From NCBI GenBank assembly GCA_963765495.1, contig CAVXWP010000009.1:416001-480000 (forward strand): a stretch of 64,000 nucleotides of DNA, written 5' to 3'. The notes beneath the pieces are model-generated. The model ran no database searches and was not told where the DNA came from. It saw only the letters and a list, made by a program, of their open reading frames with translations. The DNA is from Blastocatellia bacterium. GTDB taxonomy: Bacteria; Acidobacteriota; Blastocatellia; UBA7656. Positions 58,379 through 64,000 of this stretch are shown here, piece by piece. The stretch's first letter is position 1. Every line of letters begins with the position of its first letter. The translations under genes and the position numbers were made by a program.

Positions 58379-58448
58379 TTCTGTTGTTTAGTCCGCTGAC
58401 CGCCGATCAATCATTCCTATAAGCATTCGCCAATTATCTTCACCAGAT

Positions 58449-58491
58449 TGTTTAATATTGGACAGAACCCACTTCGCGGTTGGCCTACTAT
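58449..58491 (+). promoter_or_regulatory. Crp-type box plus -10 for csbD-cupin
   Basis: TGTTTAATATTGGACA (58449-58464), 21 nt, TACTAT. Confidence 0.65.
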
Positions 58492-58655
58492 CTAAAGGGG
58501 AAGGACTCGGTGGGCAAGCGGTTTTTCAACACATCGAATGTTATCTGCCCCGGAATGCTATGGCCGCCTCCCGAGCCGCTCCGACATGCGCAATCTTTAA
58601 GATATCCGGTCAATCCCAACAACCAGAGGTTGGCAATCACCTGGAGGAGAGAGGT

Positions 58656-58868
58656 ATGAGGAACAGGCAGGAGATCAAAGGCAAAGGCAAACAAATTGCG
58701 GGCGCAATCAAGGATAAGGTCGGGAGATTGATCAATGACTCTGACCTCGCAGCCGAAGGTAGAGCCGAGCGCCGCAAAGGGCAAATACAGCAGAAAGTAG
58801 GGGAAACCCGCCGGAAAGCCGGTGACGTGTGGGAAAAGGTGGGCAACGCCATTTCCGGCAAACGATAG
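58656..58868 (+). CDS. csbD: CsbD family stress protein
   Basis: IKGKGKQIAGAIKDKVG...LAAEG...KGQIQ; strong RBS before ATG 58656. Confidence 0.85.
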   Translation: MRNRQEIKGKGKQIAGAIKDKVGRLINDSDLAAEGRAERRKGQIQQKVGETRRKAGDVWEKVGNAISGKR

Positions 58869-58904
58869 CCTGGACGCCGGGGCATAAGGAAGGGAGAAAA
58901 GAAA

Positions 58905-59333
58905 ATGACTACACCGCAGAGGAAGGTCGCTCAAGAGAAGCAAGGCCGCACCGGTCACGAATCGCTGACAGGACACCTGACCGCACCGCTAATGGACTTC
59001 AATCTGCCGAACGAGATCACGCAACTCCATGCAGAGGAGGCGTGGCTGCGAACGGGCAGGAACTCGAAGACTCTGGTGAAGCAGCCTGATTTCAGGATCG
59101 TGCTGATCGCGTTGCAAAAGGGCGGTCACCTTGAAGAGCACAGTGCTGATGCGAGAATTTCGATATATACGCTGAGCGGGCTTGTGAAGCTACAATTGCC
59201 CGAGCAGACAGTTGAGCTGCCGGATGGTCATCTGCTCGTGCTCGACCGCGCGCTTGAGCACGACCTGGAGGCGCTCGAAGAGAGCGCAATCCTGCTGACC
59301 ATTTCCTGGCCGCATTCCGCAGAGATTGCGTGA
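58905..59333 (+). CDS. Cupin-domain protein
   Basis: LEEHSA...ISIYTLSG...LEHDLEALEESAILLTI. Confidence 0.82.
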   Translation: MTTPQRKVAQEKQGRTGHESLTGHLTAPLMDFNLPNEITQLHAEEAWLRTGRNSKTLVKQPDFRIVLIALQKGGHLEEHSADARISIYTLSGLVKLQLPEQTVELPDGHLLVLDRALEHDLEALEESAILLTISWPHSAEIA

Positions 59334-59403
59334 TCAATTTCTGCGACGCCATCGAGTTAGAACTCCAATCGAGAACAGCGAAGTCGGACAAATCATGCTC
59401 TTC

Positions 59404-59624
59404 CTAAAAGGGTGGGGAGATAAGAACGAGCGGGTGATACCCCTGCACGGCTCCAAGATACGCCGGGATAAGAAAGGCTATCGCGAGCAACACAAAACGG
59501 AATGAGAATAAACTGCCTCCAAGAATGAGCGTGTTTCTGTTATTCAGGAACGGGATATTGAAATGCCTGCGCCGAGAAAAACGCCCAGAGTTCCCACAGG
59601 GACATTGAAAGAGAAGGCTTTATT
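59404..59624 (-). pseudogene. Degraded DHA2 (EmrB/QacA-like) MFS transporter fragment
   Basis: Two frames give FSFNVPVGTLGVFL and FLNNRN...FLIPAYLGAVQGYHPL, resembling INVPIG and RNRNF...LPQYLQ.VQGY.PL; no start or continuation. Confidence 0.4.
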
Positions 59625-59644
59625 GGCTGATCGAGGTAAGAGAC

Positions 59645-60592
59645 TCAGGGGTAACGTACAGGCGGCGGGCCGGACCTGGGCAGGGCAATCGATTCAGTCT
59701 CATCGGGCACGGGAGCGAATCGGCCTGACTTCCAATCCTCTTTCGCCTGCTCGATGCGCTCATTGGAACTCGATACGAAGTTCCACCAGATGTGGCGCGG
59801 CCCCTCCATTGGCTCGCCCCCGAGCAGCATTACACGGGCGGGAGATGATCCTGTGGCGCGCAACGAAATATCCGCACCCGGCTTGAAGATTAAAAGCTGG
59901 CCCTCGCCAAAGATGTGATCATCTGTTGTGAGAGTGACCGCTCCTTCGACGACATAGGCGGCCCGCTCTTCAAAGTCTGTGGGCAGGGGAAGCTGTGCGC
60001 TGCTATCGAGTATTACATCTGCATAAAACATATCCGAGAGAGTCTCCACCGATGAGTGCGCGCCGTAGAGAGAGCCTGTGATGAGGCGCACTCGTTTGCC
60101 TTCGCCTTCTATGATCGGCAAATCATTCGCCCCGTAATGAGCAAAGGCGGGCTCGGTTTCCTCGTCTCGCAGAGGAAGCGCAACCCAGGACTGTATGCCA
60201 AAGAGTTTTGAGCCGGTTTGCCGCAACTCCTGCGGCGTGCGTTCCGAATGGGCAATGCCGCGACCGGCAGTCATCCAATTGACCTCGCCGGGGCGGATCG
60301 GCTGCACAGTGCCGAGGCTGTCGCGGTGCAATAGCTCGCCTTCGAAAAGATATGTCACAGTCGCAAGCCCTATGTGTGGGTGCGGCAATACGTCCAACCC
60401 TGTGTTTGCCCGTAGCACCTCGGGGCCCATCTGATCCAGAAAGATAAATGGCCCGACCATTCGCCGTTTCGCCGAAGGCAGCGCACGCCGGACCTTGAAG
60501 CCGCCTACAAGATCGCGCGTGCGTGTGACGACGATCGTTTCAAGCGAGACGAGGTCTGGGCCGGACTGCTCTCGCGTGTGGTCCGAGTTCAT
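59645..60592 (-). CDS. Pirin family protein
   Basis: [36 protein letters not shown]. Confidence 0.95.
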   Translation of the reverse strand: MNSDHTREQSGPDLVSLETIVVTRTRDLVGGFKVRRALPSAKRRMVGPFIFLDQMGPEVLRANTGLDVLPHPHIGLATVTYLFEGELLHRDSLGTVQPIRPGEVNWMTAGRGIAHSERTPQELRQTGSKLFGIQSWVALPLRDEETEPAFAHYGANDLPIIEGEGKRVRLITGSLYGAHSSVETLSDMFYADVILDSSAQLPLPTDFEERAAYVVEGAVTLTTDDHIFGEGQLLIFKPGADISLRATGSSPARVMLLGGEPMEGPRHIWWNFVSSSNERIEQAKEDWKSGRFAPVPDETESIALPRSGPPPVRYP

Positions 60593-60626
60593 AAGCCCCT
60601 CCCGTACCGGCAACCTCTTAAGCTTT

Positions 60627-61541
60627 TTATTCTACTGACCGATGCTTTAAAAACGTGTTCTCCTGAAGTTCTTCGAATGCCTGCCGAAGCTGCTCTTGCG
60701 TATTCATGACAATCGGCCCATACCAGGCTACCGGCTCTTCCAGCGGCTGGCCCGAAACCAGAAGAAATCTTATGCCCTCGTCTCCGGCCTGCACGATCAC
60801 CTCGTCGCCCCGATCAAAGAGCACGAGCGAGCGATCAGCGGCCTCAGACGGAGGCGTGGTATCCAACCATCCGACCGGCTCGGTCGGCACAGCAAGAGGA
60901 CCGGAGGCGTTACAGAATTTGCCTGCCCCGGCGAATACGTATGCCAGCGCGTGGCGCGAGGTCTCGACGGGAAGCGTCTTTCGCTTACCCGGTGGGACCG
61001 ACACATCCAGATAGATCGGATCGGCTGCGATGCCGTCGACGGGCCCCTTCGTTCCCCAGAAGCTTCCGCACACGATTCGCGCCTGCGTTCCATCATCATC
61101 GGTCACAACGGGGATGTCGGGAGCCTTTACTTCCTGGTAACGAGGCGCTGTCATTTTCAGCGCCGCAGGCAGATTGGCCCACAACTGAAAACCGTGCATG
61201 CGCCCCGCCGGGTCTCCTTTTGGCATCTCCTGGTGGATGATGCCGCTGCCCGCCGTCATCCACTGAACGTCCCCGGCCCCAATCGAGCCGCTGTTGCCCA
61301 TGCTGTCGCCGTGCTCGACTGTGCCCGCCAGCACATAGGTAATCGTCTCAATTCCCCTGTGAGGGTGCCAGGGAAAGCCCGCAAGGTAATCTTCTGGAAT
61401 GTCGTTGCGGAAGTCGTCGAGCAGCAGAAAGGGATCGAAGTCAGAAGTGTTGCCGAAACCGAAGGCGCGATGCAGCCGGACGCCCGCGCCTTCGAGCGCA
61501 GGCTTGGACTTGCTGAGTCGCTTTACTGGTCGAATAGACAT
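60627..61541 (-). CDS. Pirin family protein
   Basis: [35 protein letters not shown]. Confidence 0.95.
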   Translation of the reverse strand: MSIRPVKRLSKSKPALEGAGVRLHRAFGFGNTSDFDPFLLLDDFRNDIPEDYLAGFPWHPHRGIETITYVLAGTVEHGDSMGNSGSIGAGDVQWMTAGSGIIHQEMPKGDPAGRMHGFQLWANLPAALKMTAPRYQEVKAPDIPVVTDDDGTQARIVCGSFWGTKGPVDGIAADPIYLDVSVPPGKRKTLPVETSRHALAYVFAGAGKFCNASGPLAVPTEPVGWLDTTPPSEAADRSLVLFDRGDEVIVQAGDEGIRFLLVSGQPLEEPVAWYGPIVMNTQEQLRQAFEELQENTFLKHRSVE

Positions 61542-61754
61542 CGTTGATCTCCAATCAACCCTGCCAGCGCCCCTTCCGGCGCTCGGCAGGTTATGTTCTA
61601 ACGTAATGCCGCCAGTCACTCTTCAGGTCGTCACCTGCGGTTAAGAAAGAGCCGCCGGTTATTGCCTGCTCGTGCCTGGCCTCGCCCGGGAAGATTAATT
61701 ATAAAGGAGTTCTTAGCCTCTTTGCACCAATCAGATGTGAGCCCTTTCTGAGGT

Positions 61755-62534
61755 TTAACCATTTACCCACACGCGCATCTCGATCAGTTCGGCCGGGCCA
61801 AATTGTGTTACAAACGCCACATCGGCGGCGTCCCGGCCGTAGGCGATTGCGATACGCCCCCCACGAGGCTGATCCTGAGTGGCATCGAATGTATACCACC
61901 TGCCCGCTATAAAAGCTTCAAACCACGCGTGCAAATCCATAGGCTTGAGCCTGTGCAAATATCCGACAACCATCCGGGCGGGGATGTTCAGGCTGCGACA
62001 TAAGGCCATCCCCAGGTGCGTAAAGTCCCGGCACACGCCCGCCCTTTTCTCGACTATAGTGCGAGCGGATGTCGTGGCATCGCTTGTGCCGTAGCGATAT
62101 TCGATATTCGAGTGAATCCAGTTCTGTATCGCCGCTACCTGATCGTATCCCGGCAGGGCTCCCTCTGTAAGCCGTCGCGCCATATCGCCAAGCAGATCGG
62201 ATTCCGAGTAACGGCTGGGCAAAAGAAACTGGAGGACATTGTCGGGCAACTCCTGAACGGGTGTGAAGGGCGCACCCGGTTCCACGTCAATCTCTTCGGA
62301 TGTCTCGACAGTGGCGCTTGCGGAAATCTCGAAGCGACCCGCAGGCGCTTCGATCCTCTGACACAGATTCCCAAAGCTATCAACATATTCCACAACAGGC
62401 GCGGTCTGCGATAAGGTGTAACGCTCTTCGGCTACCCACTGAGCGCTGCCGCTGCGAGGTCTGAGCATCAGTACAAGCAATGATGACTCAGACACTTCAA
62501 ACACTATTTCACAACCTACATCCAGACGCATCAT
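61755..62534 (-). CDS. Transglutaminase-like family protein
   Basis: GVCRDFTH, HAWFE, FDAT, GRDAADV. Confidence 0.92.
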   Translation of the reverse strand: MMRLDVGCEIVFEVSESSLLVLMLRPRSGSAQWVAEERYTLSQTAPVVEYVDSFGNLCQRIEAPAGRFEISASATVETSEEIDVEPGAPFTPVQELPDNVLQFLLPSRYSESDLLGDMARRLTEGALPGYDQVAAIQNWIHSNIEYRYGTSDATTSARTIVEKRAGVCRDFTHLGMALCRSLNIPARMVVGYLHRLKPMDLHAWFEAFIAGRWYTFDATQDQPRGGRIAIAYGRDAADVAFVTQFGPAELIEMRVWVNG

Positions 62535-62568
62535 CTACTCCAATTCGCCTCGTCCCGTATCTGTAACA

Positions 62569-62687
62569 GTGATACGTGATACGTGATGCGTGATTTATAG
62601 GAAGGTAGCATAAAAACGCTGACTGCCTGACAGGTCCGGTCACGAATCACGCATCACAAATCACGTATCACGGATGACGCATCACGC
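62569..62687. repeat. (GTGATGC)n inverted heptamer-repeat element
   Basis: gtgatacgtgatacgtgatgcgtgat ... tcacgaatcacgcatcacaaatcacgtatcacg. Confidence 0.88.
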
Positions 62688-62707
62688 AAGATTCAGGCAA
62701 GCTAAAC

Positions 62708-63514
62708 TCAGATCACATCCACCTTTACATCCACTTCCATTCGTTCCTTGGAATTTCCCTTATAGATGCCTCGGGTCGGCGGCACATCGGCATAATCGCG
62801 CCCGATGGCCATCCGCACATACTTGGCGGTCTGTTTGCGATTGTGAGTCGGGTCGAGCGACACCCATCCTTCGCCCGATATAAACACGTCTACCCAGGCG
62901 TGCGTGGCGGAATGCCCGTTCTCCTGCGCGGAGGGACTGTTCAGATAGCCGCTGACATACCTCGCCGGCAAGCCCGCGCTGCGACAGGCCGCTATCATCA
63001 CGTGCGAATAGTCCTGACAGACGCCGCGCCCTATCCGCAGAGCCTCATCGGCCTTCGTCTTTACGTCGGTCGCGCCGCGCTCATACTTGATTGCGGCGTG
63101 CACCTTCTCCATCAACCTCGTAACCCTGTTGATCAAATCGTCCCCGCTTTCGCACGACCCGGCCAGTTCGGCAAAGACCTCGCCCTTTGGCGCATAGATT
63201 GAAGGCGACAGAAAATCGTACTGATCGAGAGGCGATAGCTCTTTCTGTTCATCTGTAAAACTTTCCGCCGTGTAAACTTCGCTCCGCGCCGTCACCTTCA
63301 ACTCTCCGTGCGGTTGCAGCACATCGAAGTAATGGACTTCATTGTTGTAGCGGTCTCTGTATCTGGTTACTTCGCCGCGCGGTTCGGTCGCCAGATTAAA
63401 GTACATGCGGCGTTGACCGGCATTATCCATCGGCGCAAGCCGCATCTCGGTGTAAGCCTCGCTGATCGGCTTATCGTAGAAAAAAACGGTCGTGTGTTCG
63501 ATGCGTAGTTTCAT
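62708..63514 (-). CDS. Transglutaminase-like family protein
   Basis: GVCQDYSH, RYVSGY, HAW, LDPT, GRDYADVPP. Confidence 0.93.
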   Translation of the reverse strand: MKLRIEHTTVFFYDKPISEAYTEMRLAPMDNAGQRRMYFNLATEPRGEVTRYRDRYNNEVHYFDVLQPHGELKVTARSEVYTAESFTDEQKELSPLDQYDFLSPSIYAPKGEVFAELAGSCESGDDLINRVTRLMEKVHAAIKYERGATDVKTKADEALRIGRGVCQDYSHVMIAACRSAGLPARYVSGYLNSPSAQENGHSATHAWVDVFISGEGWVSLDPTHNRKQTAKYVRMAIGRDYADVPPTRGIYKGNSKERMEVDVKVDVI

Positions 63515-63535
63515 AGTTCTCACAAATGTCGGGAA

Positions 63536-64000
63536 TCAATAAATAAATGGCTGTTCCGTGGCAGCGCCGCTTTCGAGCGTCTGCTGTTGCTGCGCCTGTT
63601 GCGGGTGCAGTTCCGGCAAAATTATCTGCGTGCTGAAGTAGGTGTGCGTCACATCGGCGGCGGCGCGGTTGATGCGGATTATGAGTTGATCGAGATAGGA
63701 GTGCAGCTTTTCGTCGAGTATTTCACGCACATCAAGATACTCAAGTTCGGCGACCATCTGCCCGAGCGTGCGTTGAGGATGGCTCAATGCCTGAAGATGC
63801 TTCGCCGCTTCGTCTATCCCCGAAATAGCGTTTATGGCTTGCAGACTGCGGTTCAAACAGTAAGCCACGGCGCGCGGGAACTCGCGATTGAGCAGCAGGT
63901 ATTCGATTATCAATGGAGACTGTATCTGTGAAGCGTTTGCTTTGCGAAAAGGCTCGAAGGCACTGCACGATTTTAACAGCGCCATCAATTGCAGAGGCGC
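63536..64000 (-). CDS. Alpha-E (DUF403) domain protein, 5' truncated by window
   Basis: [26 protein letters not shown]...TYF; adjacent to a transglutaminase. Confidence 0.85.
   Translation of the reverse strand, partial: APLQLMALLKSCSAFEPFRKANASQIQSPLIIEYLLLNREFPRAVAYCLNRSLQAINAISGIDEAAKHLQALSHPQRTLGQMVAELEYLDVREILDEKLHSYLDQLIIRINRAAADVTHTYFSTQIILPELHPQQAQQQQTLESGAATEQPFIY

Noticed and set aside
50259-62560. Prophage or integrative element
   Set aside because: No integrase, phage genes, tRNA target or flanking direct repeats were seen.
5551-62687. Repeat elements as a CRISPR array
   Set aside because: Units are 7-9 nt, inverted and dispersed singly; there is no repeat-spacer array and no cas gene.

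Overview
Bacterial chromosomal window of moderately high GC. Gene content and repeat style resemble Acidobacteriota (Blastocatellia-like), which is inference only. No rRNA, tRNA, CRISPR array or intact transposase/integrase was seen. Positions 1-50 kb are mostly core and envelope genes: an RND pump pair, DUF1015-serA-serC, glycosyltransferases, rlmN, hisS-aspS, an acyl-CoA dehydrogenase pair, a split B12 acyl-CoA mutase with isobutyryl-CoA-mutase signature residues, a Ser/Thr kinase-TPR protein, an S8 protease-CBM48 fusion and ttcA. Many intergenic gaps hold palindromic elements built from 7-, 8- or 9-nt tandem repeats. One 8-mer palindrome is split by a 1.7 kb CTATAG-bounded insertion carrying a cation/H+ antiporter. 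From about 51 to 62 kb there is a repeat-free accessory island with two paralogous Crp/Fnr regulators, a pseudo-receiver lacking the phospho-Asp, a STAS protein, CsbD, an lmo0937-type protein, a cupin, pirins and several secreted low-complexity proteins. The strongest new signal is six copies of a 16-bp TGT-N10-ACA box (consensus about TGTYYWRTAYTGAACA). Each lies 21-22 nt upstream of a TAnnnT -10 hexamer facing an island gene, suggesting a self-contained class II Crp-type regulon with a non-canonical operator. Also notable are zinc-ribbon membrane proteins sharing a C-terminal SVTEHTTR motif and two sigma-54 promoters, one driving three tiny membrane proteins.
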